NCBI GenBank assembly: GCA_964374105.1
Contig: CAYJXI010000001.1
Location: 199,743 to 263,742, forward strand
DNA: 64,000 nt
Origin: an uncultured Planctomycetales bacterium
GTDB lineage: Bacteria > Omnitrophota > Gorgyraeia > Zapsychrales > JANLHA01
Reading direction: 5' to 3'
Part shown: piece by piece, positions 1-15,000 of the stretch
How the letters are laid out: the number at the start of each line of letters is the position of its first letter
How positions within the stretch are numbered: position 1 is the first letter of the stretch
Notes under the pieces: generated by a model
Databases searched by the model: none
The model's input: only the letters and a program-made list of their open reading frames with translations
Told to the model about the DNA's origin: nothing
Program-made: the position numbers and the translations under genes

Positions 1-1
1 G

Positions 2-3000
2 ATGGGACTCAAACTGGGCATAGGAATTGGCAGTGATTACGAGGGTGAATCGGTCACCTATCTTGAGGAAGAAAAAACTGTCCTAGAGCCGCATATGTAC
101 TTGATTGAATTCAATAAAAATAGCGGGCAATTGAATGTTAATGAATTCGATAGTATGAAAGATCTCGCTAAATTCATTAATTCACCAGAATTCTTAAAGA
201 GAAGACAAAAGGATAAACGCAATCAAGGTTTTTCATCGGGAACACCGTTTGGCACCAAAGAGGCTTATAACTCATCTTATCAAGGGATCACGATCAACGA
301 TCAAAAGATGAATCTCGATCAAGCCCAGAAGGTCTTTGTCCGTCAATATCGACTGAATCCGGAAACAGTTATTTTGGTGGCTACCCAGAACGGAATTCAA
401 GTCCAGATGAACGCCAATGCCCCACCGGAACTTGCAGAGAAAGTCAATCTCTCCAGTCAGAAGCTTAAAGATATTCTTTCTTCCCTCCCTCTTAAAGTTG
501 ATGAGTCCGTTTTCATCTATCTATTCAAAGGTGCAATCAAAGAAAAACATTTTGGTTCGGATCCTTTTGCCCTGATCGATGTGGCGGAGGAAAAGCTTTA
601 TGCTGAAGCCGGGGCTGCTAATGAAATGAAAATCCCATCCGTGTATCTAACGTTTGAACTTTTTCAAGTCTTGGGAGATGAGTCGTTGGTAGATCTCCTT
701 CAAGAAGAAATCCAGCACGCCTTCGCCAAGGTTGCGGGAATTTTCTATCAAGAGACATTTGAAGAAGATCCTTTAAGACCTCAGAAGTTAGAGAGAGTTC
801 AAAATGAGATCAACAGCTACAAGGAGCAATCCCAACGCAAACCTTTAAGTGACGAAGATATCAATCAATTTAAGTTTGAAAAAAGTCTACTTAAACAAAG
901 GGACATCATAAACGGGGTCATCAAGGACCGCGCCGGTTATGACAATCAAGTGAGCTCTTTTGTGGCGCAGAGATGGATTCATATGCAAGAAAAGAATCTT
1001 AAAAGTGATTCTTATAGTGCCAAGGTCTTATTGAGGATTTATGATTCGTATGAAAAAGGTTTTGATCATTTTCGATTTTTTGATGATCAAACCTTAAGTG
1101 TCCAAATGCTATCCCAGACTTTCCGTTTAGTGCAAACAACGAATTTTACCGATCTTGATTTCAAAGAATCATGGCTTGGCATCGAGAAACCCACCTGGAG
1201 GAGTAAAGGACACGTTTTAGCTGATGTCGGATATCGGTTGATTATCAGCATGGGGTTTCAGTTGTTGGCGATGGGGTGGAAACCAGATCGCCGTTTTCTG
1301 GAAAAGGCCTTGAGCATTGTCGAGGATGTTTTAAGCCAGGAGGAATTCACCGTCGAAAGTCCTAAGATCTTCTTTAGTATCATGAAGGCCCATTTCGCCG
1401 CATGGTTAGGGGATGTGAAGAAATTTAAGGATGCCGAAAGGCAATATCAAGAAATTATCGAGAATCAAGAAAAATCTCAACGACAAGATAGTTCCCTTTG
1501 GGGGAGTATCACCCTGTTTGATTCATTCAAGATTTATGGTCTTGCGATTAAAGCGGTCTTACATTATTTCAGTGACAGGACCCAAGAAGCTTTAAAAAGC
1601 TTCCAAGAGGCTGGGGAATACCTAGTTAAGAAATCCATGAATATTGAAAACTTTTTTAGTGCAGCAAGATTTTACTATCACCGTCAAAGATATAAGGAGG
1701 CTTTGGAGTTTATCAATTTAGCCTTGAACGCTAATCAGAAAACAAGGGCTTTTGTGGATCTCTTTTCGGCAAGGGCGCGAATCCACCTCTTGTTGGGTGA
1801 AGAAGCCAAGGCTCTTTCTGATTACAGTGAAGCCATCAAAATGGGGATGAAGACAGAATACAAACGTCCTAAAGATATCAACAGTATCGTTACGGTCGAA
1901 TACATGATACGAATCCTCATTGAGCGATTGCGGATTTTTATTCGCTATCTTGAGGAGCCGGACAAGAAAGAAAAGGTCGCTTTACTCTTGATCGATCATC
2001 TCAATAGCCTTTTTCCAATGATTAAGGCGGTTCGTGATCAGACAGTTAGGCAATTGGTATTTCGTATTGTCCTTGAGGAGTCCCGGAATCGAGAGGAGGC
2101 CTTTTTACCGATATTAAGAGCTATTTTCTTAAGCGATATTCAAAGTGTTAGGGAATTGTTTGAGAGTGCCTTTAAGAATCCGAGTATTCATTTCCATCGA
2201 GCTCAATTGATGCAAGTCTTCAATGAACTTAAAAAAGAGGGCGGGAAAATTGAAGACCGCGTTTTAGCGTTCATCGATCGAATATCGACAAAAGAGTCCG
2301 CAGAACCCGTCACAGCTTTAAGACCCAAAGGAGAACTAAAACCACAAGAGAAAGAAGAAGTCAAAGAAGAAGTAAAAGCTCTATCAGAAGAAGAGAAATT
2401 GAAGAAAGACCTGGAAAAGAGATTAAGGAAGATTGAAGAACTTATTGTGGAATTTAAAATTCGCTTCGGCGAGCAACTAAGGGATCTGAGTCCCAATGAA
2501 GAAGAGGATTTTGCTCAATCGTCAAGGAGGATCATCAAGGAGGCCCAGTGGCTTAAGATTGAAATAGAAAAGAAAAAGGTTAATTGGGGTGAATTTGAAG
2601 ATCGATTCAGGGGCCTTGAGGTTTCCTTAAGATTTGTAATTGAATTTGAGAACTATGTCAAATCAAAACGAGATCGACTGAAAGGAGAATTAGACCAACT
2701 CCTTAAAGAAGCACAACAACTGACTGAAGAGATGGTTAATCAATTTACCCAAAGACATGAGGAGGCCGCTTTAGAAGAAGACCTGAAACGATGGATTGGT
2801 CAAGTTGCAGAAATGATCGATAAGATCCAAAAAGAAACTCAATGGTCTGACGATTCTAAAGACATTTTGGAGAATCTAAAGAAATTCATGGAATTGTTGG
2901 CGAGATTCAAAGAGATCTTAAAGAAGGTCTTTAAAGACGGTAAAGTCGAGGAAAACCTTTTAGAATTAAGAGCGGTCTTGGGAGAAATACCGCTTAAGAC

Positions 3001-6000
3001 TCCCAAAGAAGTTGTAGCCGGGACAATTGAGGGAGTTCTTGTGGAAAGGTATCTGCGATCGATCCTTGTCATCTTTCCCGAAGAAATTCAAAAGAAAGTC
3101 AACCATCAATACCAATCTCTTCCCGGAGTGGTTCGGGAAGATTTGGTCAATAAATGGGTGACGATCCAAAATGAGGCTGTTCGGCTGACGGTTGAATTCC
3201 TGATCCCGGCTATGTCTCAGGATTTAAGAAGAATCCTGGATATGGCTTATCCAGCTGGAGCTAGCGAATTTATTAAATCTTATCTTGCCAGGAAATTAGC
3301 GCTATTTAATAAGAAGGAAGACTCAGCGGTTGTTACGGCACAATATTTTAAAGATGGGAGTCAAGAGTTTAAGAAGCAAGTTATTCAGATTGTTATTGGC
3401 CTGCTAGAAGAACAATTGGAGAAGGCCAGAGAAAAGACCAGTGCTTCCGCAGAGGCCGTTAAGACCGTTAAGGATATCTATATTCGAAAGATAGAAAGCG
3501 AATTAACGCCGCAGCTTGTTTCTGATATCAAAGGAGGAATCCTGAATCGCCTATTGCGTGAGAGACAGAGTGGTCTTGATCTTGAAAAGCAGAGAGAAAA
3601 GGAAAAACAAAGACAGGAAGAGCAGAAACGTCATCTGGAAGAACAAAAGAAAAAAGAAGAAGCTAAAAGAAAAGCAATGATCCAAGAACAGGTGAAAAGG
3701 GCCAAAGAAGACATCCAAAGAATCATTGAGCAAGGCCAAAGGGTTGTAGCCGATTTTATGGCCGGCCTGTTAAAGAAAAAAGATCAGCAAAAGCTTAAAG
3801 AAGAATCGCAAAAGAAACTCGAAGACCTTTCGACACAACTCATGAATTTGGCGCAGGGTGTGGTGATGGTTCAATTAAGCCAGGAAGTCCTCAATGCCAA
3901 TCAAGCTTTAAATAAGATCAGTGAGACATTAACCGCATTGGCGCAATTCCCCATTAAAAATATTTTAAGCGAAGATGATCTTTTAGGACTTCTTGAAATC
4001 GTTTCTTCTTACCAAGAAGCAACTCACCTAATTGATCAGGAAATTCAAAGACGGGAGGAATTGCAAAGAAAGGTAGAGGAACAAAAACAGCCTAGTGCAT
4101 TAGAAAAAGAACAGGTTGAAGAAGAAATTCCGCAGCTACCTTCTGAGAAGGCTTTAGGGCTTTCTGATCAGCTTGAGGGCCGATGGAAGAGACTGGTGCG
4201 GGAAGTAGAGGATGCCGAAGATCCCTCGATGAAAGGCAATGCTTTAAAACGACTTGAGCGCGAGATCAATCGGGCCAAAGAAAAGGCTAAACCCAAAGGG
4301 AAACGGACCTTTGTCAATACTAAAGAGCGAAAGAAGCCGCGAATTCCCGATGGAGTCGAAGAATTTTATTTAAGAGAAATACAAAAGAAAGGGAAATTCC
4401 CACCCGGCAGACAAGGCTTCCAGGCGCGCATTAAAGAAGAGAGTTCTTGGTTTAGAAGTGCGGCGAACATTTCCAAGGTCGAAGAACTACCCTTTGTTTT
4501 ATCCCAGCAAAAGATGTCAAGGATTTTTGTTACCATCGAGGAGAAAAATAGTCTTTTCAAAATCTCCCAGCGATTCCCCAGGACATTTTTAAGTGACGGT
4601 AAACTCGCTAGTTTATTAAAGGAAGCCCTCTCGGCTTTAGGAGTCATTGACATTAAGTTTGCTCACCGCTTAAAAGAATTCCTCCAAGCCAATCATTCTT
4701 TCAATTTGTTGACCATCAATCATACCTTCCACCTTTTCGAAAATTATGAGGATTATTATCTCATTGTAGTCAATTTTGGTCTGATTGATCTCTACCGAAA
4801 ACGGGCCATCCAGGCAAGTAACTTTGAAATCGCTCTCACTGTGGGTCTCGTCCATGAGCTTGGTCACTGGGCCTCCCCTGAGCTTGAAGAAAAACAAAGG
4901 ATCGACATTGATGTCCAACTAACCCGTCGGCTCATTGAAAGCAAAAGCAACTCCTATCTTACTTTCCGCAAAATAGCGCACCAATATATCAATCATTTGC
5001 TCAATCTTATTGAAGAAGAAGGTTATATCAAAGCCCTTGTTAAGGATTTAGAAGAAAAACCCGCCAGCAATTTGTTTGTTCCTGAAGCTGGTCAGGAAGT
5101 CAAACCACCTGTTACGGAAACGGCTACTAAGGCGGTACCTGCGGCTACTGAGTCCCAGGCTGAATCTGTGATCGTCCCCACTAGAAACGGCTTCATAACC
5201 TCTGAATCTCACATCTCCGATGTCATTCCTGCGAAAGCAGGAATCCAGCTTGAGGACAATTCTATTTTGGATTCCCGATTAAGGCATTCGGGAATGACAA
5301 AGAAAGGTTATGAACCCGGTTCTAAAGAAGCTGAAGCGTTGTTAAAGGAAGATTCTCATAAAGGCGCCGTCATCTTTGAACATAATGATCGTCAGGATGA
5401 TCTCGTTTCCTCAGCCGAACCGGTTTTAAGTCAACCCCCATCAACTGAAGTAACTGAAAAACCAACGATCGAAGAACCCGCTCTCTTTGACCTCATTATC
5501 ATCGTTGAACCCAATGTGGGATCAAAGCTGAATCAAAGGGAAGCAGAGAATCTGAAGATGGAGATTCTTGAAATCTACAAAGAAGAATTAAAAGAATTAA
5601 AGATTACGCATTTGCGAGTTGTCAAAGGAGAAGGCCGTTCTGTCAAACTAAGATCATTAAAGGAATTTGTGGAGATCGAGGTCTCGATAACCCATAAAGA
5701 CATAAAATCCTTAAACAAAATTAAAGAAGCTATCAGAGCATTATTGATGAGCCATCTTAAAGAAGAGTCATCAAGAAAACAATTGTTAGAAACAAAAGAG
5801 GTTTTAAATGAACCCATTGAGGTTACAGATTATGGGAATATCGATTTCGGTGGGACATTGGTTGAGGAAAATGAACATCTTCAAGAAATCATTCGGCGGC
5901 TCTATAAACAATACGGACCGATCTTAGAGAAGTTAAGTATCGAAGAAGTCAATATCATTTATGAAAAGCAACAAACCTTTGAAATCCAAGGGAAGAGATT

Positions 6001-9000
6001 GATCTTACATTTAAGACATGCCGAAATCCTAAAACGGAAGCAGACCCCAATGTCATTTCAGACCGGGAGTGTTATGACCGGGAAAAGAATCATCGGTTTA
6101 GAACAAAGACCCGATGAATTTTCCACCCACAAATTCAAAGAGGAATTGACTGGGGTCTTAGAGATGCTCAAGGTTTATGTGGAAAGACAAGCGTCACCAC
6201 CAGGCATGCCCAATGCCATGGTGCCTTGGGTTTATGATCGTTTGGTTCAGAGAGGATGGTATCACAGGGCTATCGGTATAGCCATTATTTTGGAGGCTAT
6301 TTTGATCTTGAAAGTTGGTCAGGTATTAGGTCTTTCGGTTATTGGATTTGGGATTTTGAATTTTGTCATCCATTTGATGGGGCCGTTGTATCGGTGGATT
6401 GAAAAGGAAGGGAAATGGATCATCGAAAAGACCGATTGGCCGAAGGAAAGACTTGAGGCCTTCCGCTGGGCCATGAATTTTGTGGTGAGTGGCATGGTTA
6501 TCTATACCCAGAATGACAAATCCGCGCACTGGTTATTGGACTTATTTCTGCCTCCTCAATTCGCATTTCTCTTCGGATATCAGATTCTGGGTATTCCTGT
6601 TATATCGATACTCGTAGCGATGAGTTTGCATGCCCTTAGAAATTATTTACCGCGAGTATCCGGCTGGGACGTTCCCTTGTTGATGGCAGGCCTGCCTGAC
6701 CGGCAGGCAGGTTGGGTTAAGCTGGCTGCAAAGAAACGTACGTTTGGTAAAACATCCCATCCGCCTAAGCCTTCTCAATCTCCTCGAAAACCAAATCGGG
6801 CTTGGAAAGTGGCGTTTGACCGCGCCTTTAAAATTAAAAAACTATCTCAAAAGTTAAAGGCCTTGGATCGATTGGCAAAATCTTTACACAGCCCAGGTGT
6901 CCTTAAGACATGGAGGAAAGAATTTCATAAGGTTTATCGCGCGATTGTGGTTGAGGCGTTTCGCCGCAGCCTGTCTTACGAAGGCGCATCGAGAGTTTTA
7001 GGATTTGGGGATAACACAGAAAGGCTGTATCAGTTGATGTACCGCCTTAGGTTGACAGCTCATGAGCGAAAGATGATTGCTCAGTATGTTGCAAAGGCAA
7101 GACAAAAGCAATTTCGTTCCCGCCGAATGGCCATCAAAGAAATTTTCATGAAGAGTCAAACGCGGCAGGAGGCCTTAAGGAAGGTTAAGGCCATGGATCG
7201 GGTTAAACGCAAAGATGAGAATTTCCTGTGGAGTCTTGCAGACAATTATCGGCTTAAACGTGAATACAGGGCCCTGATGGAGCGTCATCGAAAGAATCAA
7301 TCCGAAAGTTTAACCCAAAAGAAGTTAAAGAAATTTAAACCTGTTCTTCAAAAAGCAATTCAAAAGAGCCGGGGCCGACCTGTCCTTATAGCTCAGTATT
7401 TTGGTTATCGATACTTCTCACTTCTCGTCAAATATAACAAAAATACAAGATTGATGGAAACATTGCGTCCGATCATTATTAAAGCGACTTTAAGATTTAT
7501 AGAGAAGGTCAAACAAAGGCCTATTGATGAACAGCACCGAATCTATGTTGAACTTCAAGATGTTACCCATTGGTTTGGCAAGGAGGAAAAAGACCACTTG
7601 GGAGTTATTTTCATTAGGACATTAAATAAGGCACACGCGAGAATTATGCAAAAGGCCTGGGTAAGGGGCAAAGGCGATAAGAAAGAGGCAGCTAAGAATC
7701 TCGGTGTATCAACTAATCGGATGGATGACTGGGCCTTGAGGTTTGATTTACCCTTGGCCAAAGATATCAAGATCATTGAGTCGTACCTGCAATTGATCAG
7801 TGAGCCGTTCCCGCCACCAAATCCGCTCAATCGGTTAGCTGAGCATTATCATGTGACAATCTATCGAATCCGGAGTCGATTACTCAATTTAAGTCAAAAA
7901 GGACAACAAATTGGTTTAGCCCCTCTGCCGCTTCTCCATCCCATAGGATGGTCAATGGATTTGGCAACAAGACTTTTGATTGGGGTGTCCTATGAGCTTT
8001 GGTTGAAAAATAAACATCGATTTGATTCATTAAGACAGAAGGAACAGGGGAAAGGGGAATCCAATACAGAAGAACAACTGAAAGCCGAGGTTATAAAAAT
8101 TAAACAGCAAGCACAGGAATTGGCTTTTTCTATGGCGAAACATTTCCTTCAGAAAGAGCGTTCTCTGATTTTAAGCAAGTTAAAGGAAAAGAAGGGGGAC
8201 CTCAATGAGGCTGCCTTAGATCTTGGGATTTCCTCAAAGAAATTAAAAGAGAAATTTGAAGAACAAAGATTATTAAAGATTTGGCAGTCCCTTTTGTTGA
8301 ATGCCCTTAGAACTCGAATCAAGATCATTGAACAAGATAAAGGTTTAACTCAAAAGGAGCGTTTGGAGGAGTTGAAGAAACTTTACGATCATCCGCAGGG
8401 GGATTTTAATCTCGGGCGTAAAACAGTTCTGTTGGCCATAAGGAGGATTTATCATTCCCTTTTCCTTAAGAAAGACACCTTGGCGCAGACGGCGGACTGG
8501 TTTGCAATAGATTTAGATGAACTGCTTAAGGACATAAGGAAATTTAGAATCAAGGGCGAGGTTGTTAAACAGCAGAGCCGGTCGAAAGCAAAACAGGAAC
8601 AACAGAGAACCCGTTCTCTTTCCAAACAAATCATGGACATTTTGAAATCCCAAGAATTAACTTTGCGTGAACGTTATCAGAAACTGACTCAATTGGATAA
8701 AGAAACCAAGGGTAAGAATAAAGCTGTATCCGATTTGTTTGAATCAGCCACGAAGCGTTTGGTGATTCTTGCGATAAATCAAGAATATACGATTACAGAC
8801 TCAGCCGAAACTTTGGGAGTCACAAGATCAGTGCTAAAAGCAAGGATTAATAAATATGGTCTGGTTTTATTGGTGGATAATCAAAAGAGACGTTTGGAGA
8901 TGAAAAACTTAAGAGAGGCGAAACAAACAAAGGAGAGAAAGAAAAAAGAACAACAACGAAGACAGTTAGAAATGGAAAGGCAGAGGAAGAACAAGGAAAA

Positions 9001-12000
9001 ATTAAAGAAAGAGGAAGACGAACACCAGGCGGTCAATATCCGTATGGCCGAAGGGGTCGTTGAGAAGGTCATCGGAGATTATGACTACCTTTTGCCTTCC
9101 TATCCGATTCTTAAAGGTTTAGATGAGGTTTGGAAACGCCTTGAGCAGATTGAGCAGCAGTACGGGCGTATGTGGGATGAAAGCCTCAAGAACATAACGT
9201 GGAGGGGTGTCGAAGGAAGATTAAGAAATCTAGGAATTGATTCTCGAAAAATGAGGCTGGTGAAAGAAGTGTTCGATCGAGCAGATTTTAAGGAGGCGCG
9301 AAAGAGAGTCCGGGATTTACAGAAAGAAATGAGTCAAGTGCTAGAGAGGAAAATCCTGCAAAAACTAAAGACCGATCCCCGTTTAAGAGAACTCATAATC
9401 CTAGGAAAATGGCAGAGTGTGAAAGACGAGGTTGTCAGTATATTAAAGGAGATGGCCAAAAGCAGGAGCCAACTCAAGGCCACTTATGAGGTGGGTTATC
9501 CACTCCCCCGATTCCTCTTAGATGATGATGAGGAGGTGCATGATTTTAGACCTCTGGATGCCCTCATGGCGGGATTATTGGTGGCTATCTGGGTAGGGAT
9601 TGGGATTGTGGTTTCCACTCTCATTTTAGGAGCGGGGACATTAACAAATGCGATTATGATCTTGGGGATGGTTTATTTAGGCATCGCATTTGTCAAGTTC
9701 AATTTAATTTATGAGGTCGCTTTCCGGGCGATTGCCTTATGGAAGATGTCAGAGAAGCTAGGGATTCTCGATGAAATGAGACAGGGATTTTCTGAAAATA
9801 GAGAGAAGGAAATATTATCTAAACTGGCACCTCAGGAGATTCAAGAAATTAAAACAATCTCCATCGCCCGATCCGATGGGACCTTAACACCCGCCTTTGT
9901 TGCGTTAAGAGAGGATTGGTCTATTCCATCTTTATGGGGTAGAAATCATATTTATCGATATGTCAAAAATCAAATCCTCTGGCATGAAGAATTCAAATCG
10001 CATTGGGTGGGGCTCTTTATGATGGCCCCTGGGTTTAAGTGGATTTTAAACATAGGTCGATTCTTATTTGCCCTTCGAGCGATTATTCCTCAATTGGTTA
10101 TTGGGACGTTAACAATTCTGATCGGCCGGCAGATATTAAGCCTTTTGGGGATCAATGTTTCCTCTTTGTGGTCTTATTTTCTTATTGGTGCCATGATGAT
10201 CTTTAACCTTTGGCTGTATCATGATCTGACTTTCGTCTCCCGCAAATTAAAGGAACTCAAGAGAGGGAGTCAGATGGAACAAATTCTGGCCCTTGAGGCG
10301 CTTGAAAAGAAAGAACGTAAGTGGAGTAAACGGCTCATTAACACCCTTGGCGAGATTATTATCGATCAAGAGAGTCCGTATGAGGCTCGAGTAAAAGCCT
10401 TTGAGGTATTTAATCGCATGCTGATTCGAAATCCGCATTTCTTAACCAGACAGATGTTTGCCGACATTGTCGCAAGTTTTGGATTTTTTGATCTGCACAA
10501 TATGTTTACTCGCTTGTCACACTCCGTACCCTTTCATCTTTTTAAATTAGGGGAGATCCTGCAGGACTTGATTAATTACATTTATCAATTGGTTGAGCCC
10601 TTTAGTCGAAAATTCCAGCAACAGGTGTTACAGGTCTTTCAAGATTATTATCTTAGGGTGATGGTGCATTTACCAGAAGATATCCAGTATAAGGAAGTCA
10701 GCTTTATCAAAAGATTGATGGGAGAAGATTTGAAAGAGAAACGCAATCAAGGAGAAATTCTCTATCCATTAGAGACAATTAAAGCGGCCATTGCTATGAA
10801 GATTCAATTGCATAGGTTGCAAGATTTAGAGAATGTTACCCCTCTTGGCTTGGGGACAATGGAAAGGATCATCCAGTTTCTCGGCCAGGGTTATCCTCAA
10901 CAAACGCGGCAGTTCCTCGAGATGTTTGGTATCGATGAGTTTCTAAGGATTATCAGGGAAATTCACCAGACAGAAACCCATCGCCGCAAATCAGGGGAGA
11001 AGGTCGTGCCGTTGTCAGGCCAAGAATATTATGAAGAGATTCAAAAGAAGATCGAAGAGCGTTTAAGACAAAAGGAAGAGGGAGCTGCAACTGCCGGATC
11101 CATTTCTCATCTGCCAAAACGAGATGATCTGGATTATGCTTTCCCGCGTTGGCAATCTTATCAGTTATCATTGAGTGTCTTATTAATTTTATTGATGGGG
11201 TCGGCCTGGTTCCAAGAAATCCCTCTTTTACGTCCTTGGGGTGATTTGGGCTGGATGTTTCTCTTAAAAGTTTTACTTCCTGCATGGGTGAGTTATTATC
11301 TTACCCTACCATTCATCAATTTTATTCATGAATTGGGTCACAAGATTATTTTGAAGAAATTCGGAGTCAAAAGCAAAATTTGGCATGACAGCGAACGACA
11401 AATTTTGCGAACCCATCCTGACCCAGCCCAATTTGGGAAATTGTCTCCCAAGAAAAAAATTATTGTTTATCTTGGCGGTTTATTGGCCGAGTTTATTTTA
11501 TATTCATTGTTTGCGGTAGGGTTTGGTTTGAATCCATGGAATATGATGAACGGGTTATTATTATTCGCGCCGTTTAAAATTTGGTTAATAATGACGACTC
11601 TGATTGTAAGTATCGGTGTCTTATCGCAATTCCCGCCTTTCAGCCGATGGAATTCATTAAAGACGGATATAGAGAGGGTGTTAGAGGAGATTCGAAAGCT
11701 AAGCGGGGGCCCCACTTCGAAGGAGAAAGATCAGGAATCTAGAGACTCTTTCCTCAATAGTCCTTCTTTAAATAATCTTAACAATGGATTCTCTTTGAGC
11801 AATGACAAGGAAGACCAAGGAGACGGTGATCATGGGAAAAATAGAAAGCATACTCGTTATCTTAACCGAGGCTCAAGCGTTTCGAAATCGGAATTGATTA
11901 ATGCCTTGATGAAAAGAAACGGTAATCAAGACCGGGCAGCTAAGGACTTAAGTGTTACGGGGGGGACACTCTCTTGGCTCATCAAGACAAAATATAAGCT

Positions 12001-15000
12001 TAAGCCCAAGGTTTTAGCTATCAAGAAAAGAGTCAGAGAGCTCCTTGGTGCCTTCCAGATAACTCAAGGGAATGAAGATAAGGCCCGTGCTGTTTTGGGA
12101 ATGACAAAGGTTGATTATCAAAGGGAGATCCGTGAATACGGGTTAGAAGATCAATTGGCCAAAGAGAAAGAGATTGTTTCTTATCTCATCCAAAAACTCG
12201 AGGCGGCCTCGGGGCAAATGACAACTGTGGCCAGGGAGTCAGAAGAGTTCTCGGAACATAATGTAAGAACACTTATCAGGCGATATCAATTAAAGGAAAT
12301 CATCAACAACGCCAAAAAGCGGACCGGTGAATTGACTCAAGGTTTATTGGAGCACAACCTCGATATCGATCAGGCAGCTTTAGCATTAAAGATATCCAAA
12401 GAGGATTTAGAGAAAGAGATGGCCCGTTTTGGGACCACAGTCGAAGCACTTTATCAAAAATATCAAGCTGAGCGTCAAGAAAAAGAAAAGCGAATTTTGG
12501 AGGCAGTAGAGAACCATGGCCTCGATTGGAAGAAGGTGGTCGAGGCTTCAGGTTTCAGCGAAAACTACATTTTTGATGCTATTCATCGTTATCACCTTGA
12601 ACTCAAAGTGGTAAAAATTTTGGTGGACCACTTGCAAAGATTGCAAAAGACTTTATCCGAAGTCAAAAGTTTCAAAGAACTAAAAGGAATGTATGACCAA
12701 ACGGATCGGTTTACAATGAGATTCTTAAAGAAGCCGATCATTTTAGAAATGGCTTTAGAAAAATATCGCGGGGAAATTCTTTTAGAGGGAATCCGACGCA
12801 AGCAAGGCAACGAAACTCATGCCGCTAAGGCCCTAGGATTTTCTTTGCCTGGATTCAGGCGGAATATTCGAGTTTATGGTTTGAAGGATAAAATAAAGGA
12901 GATGAGAGAATTTGTCAAAAAGTTAATCCATACCTTCAAGACTCTTCAAGGGGACAAACAAAAGGTTGCTAAGGCGCTAAAGATGAAGGTGGATAGATTT
13001 GAGGAAGAAGTTGATCGATATGGATTAAGCGATTCCTTTGAAGAGATTCAACTAAGGGTCGATGAACTGAAAAGCCTACTTAAGAAATCCGCAGGCAACC
13101 TTTACCAATTGGCCAAGGATTATCGTATACCATATGTCACTCTGCAGGAAGAAGTCAGTGGTCATGGATTAAAGGAGAAACTGCGCGCCATTCAGGATGA
13201 GACGAAACGCTTACGTCAGTCATTTGAAGCTGTGAGCGGCAACAAAATGAAGGCCGCTAATAAGCTGAAGATCACGGTTGAGGAATTTGACCATCGGATT
13301 GAGGAGTATGGATTGGCGGAGGTTATCCGTAAGACAAAAGAGAAGATCGATAATTTAAGGGATCTGATTGAGGAAACCGGAGGTAATCTTTCTAAAATCG
13401 TTCGGATGAAGATCAAAGGGATGTCTGAACCAATGGTATTTAGAGATGTTCAGCGTTACGGTTTGATGGGATTGGTTCAGCAATTGCGTCGGAAGGATAA
13501 GCCGAAGGTATCTGAAACTCCGTCTGTGACTGCCACGTTGTTTACTCAACGCAGGGCGTGGCTGAAAAACTTGCCGGCACGATTGATCTTCAGTGTCGCC
13601 ATTATAATTCAAGAATTGGTGCATTTGATTGCGGCGTCTCTTCGTGGATTACCCATTAAATACTTTGGGATTGGGCATCTGTTAAGTGCAGTCGAAATCG
13701 ATTACGCTCGCGCGCCACCGGTGGATGAAATGATCGTACGGTTGGTCGGCCCATTAGCCAATCTTTGGGCGGGTCTTGTGGGCCTTATCTTGATTGTTGC
13801 CTTTGACCTTTCTTTGATCCCACAGGGATTTCATTTGAGTTTGGCGACATTGCTCCAATTTTTCACTTTGATCAATTTCGGATTATTCATAAGTGATAGT
13901 GGCCTATCCCTTCTTTTTAAACGAGGGGATGTTTGGGAGGCTTGGGAGGCTTGGAATGAAACCCATTTGCAAAGGTATTTTGCTCAAAATCAAAATTGGC
14001 AAAGCGCCATCTATGAATTATCTGTCTTAAAAATGAATGGGATAATTGCGGGATTCGCTATTACCGGAAGCTTCTCCCGTGGACAGTTTCATTCAAAGAA
14101 AGGACATGACTTTGATCTCACCATCTTTCCCAAGACAGGATTGATGGGGGAAATGTACTTGGCTATCGAGAAGCTGGATAAAAAATACCGGGATCAACCC
14201 TTGCGTGTTCATATCACCCTTGAAGCCTATGGCCCAACTTACCAATTCTATGAAGAGGACCATCGGATAAAACTTGTTTATTACATGGTCCGAGGGGATC
14301 GAGTCCTTGAAAAGATGATCGAAAAAGATCAATACAAGAGCGATCGCCTCATTGATATCACTCATGAGAATTTAAGTATTTTCACCCCTGCCTTTTTGGC
14401 CAGATTGCATCGAGAATTAAGTTCACTGAAACGTCTCAGTTTGGATGAGCTTCAACATCTTATTCGTGAGCCACCGGTCATTAAGGTTCCTAAAGCCTAC
14501 GTTCCTCACTCTCAAAATCAACCCGGGGACGACACTCCGCAGACGCAAGAGGATTCAGAGGAGCATCCCATTAGATCAGAGAACATGTTTGCTCAAGGAG
14601 CGAAGGAAGAGGATCCATTCATCGCTGATCGATTCAATCTCTTAGGCAGGGCTTTGAAAACCCTCGAGGATAAATTAAGGGAGGATATCACCAAATCCGG
14701 CCAGATCATTGACCTTCCGGAATCGGCCTATTGGGTTGTCTACCGAACCAAAGAAGGACAAATTATTTGGAATCTGAGCAAAGAAAAGATTCGGGAGATC
14801 TTGCTCAATAATAGTTTTGAACCTGAAGAGATCGAGTTTGTCATCGATCAAATCGAACTGCATGAACAACAGCCTAACGAAGGGCTCGGCCTAAAGAAAC
14901 AACAGGAGAGCTTGATTGAGATCAGGAATTTAGAATTAGAAAAATTAAGACATGAAAAAGAAGTCCGAGGGGAAATGGCCCGTCTTGTCAAAGAAAGTTT

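Noticed and set aside
3540-3720. Lys/Glu/Gln-rich low-complexity stretches (also 8880-9010) as separate features
   Set aside because: They are consistent with ordinary coiled-coil or charged linker segments of the giant protein and show no DNA-level repeat structure.
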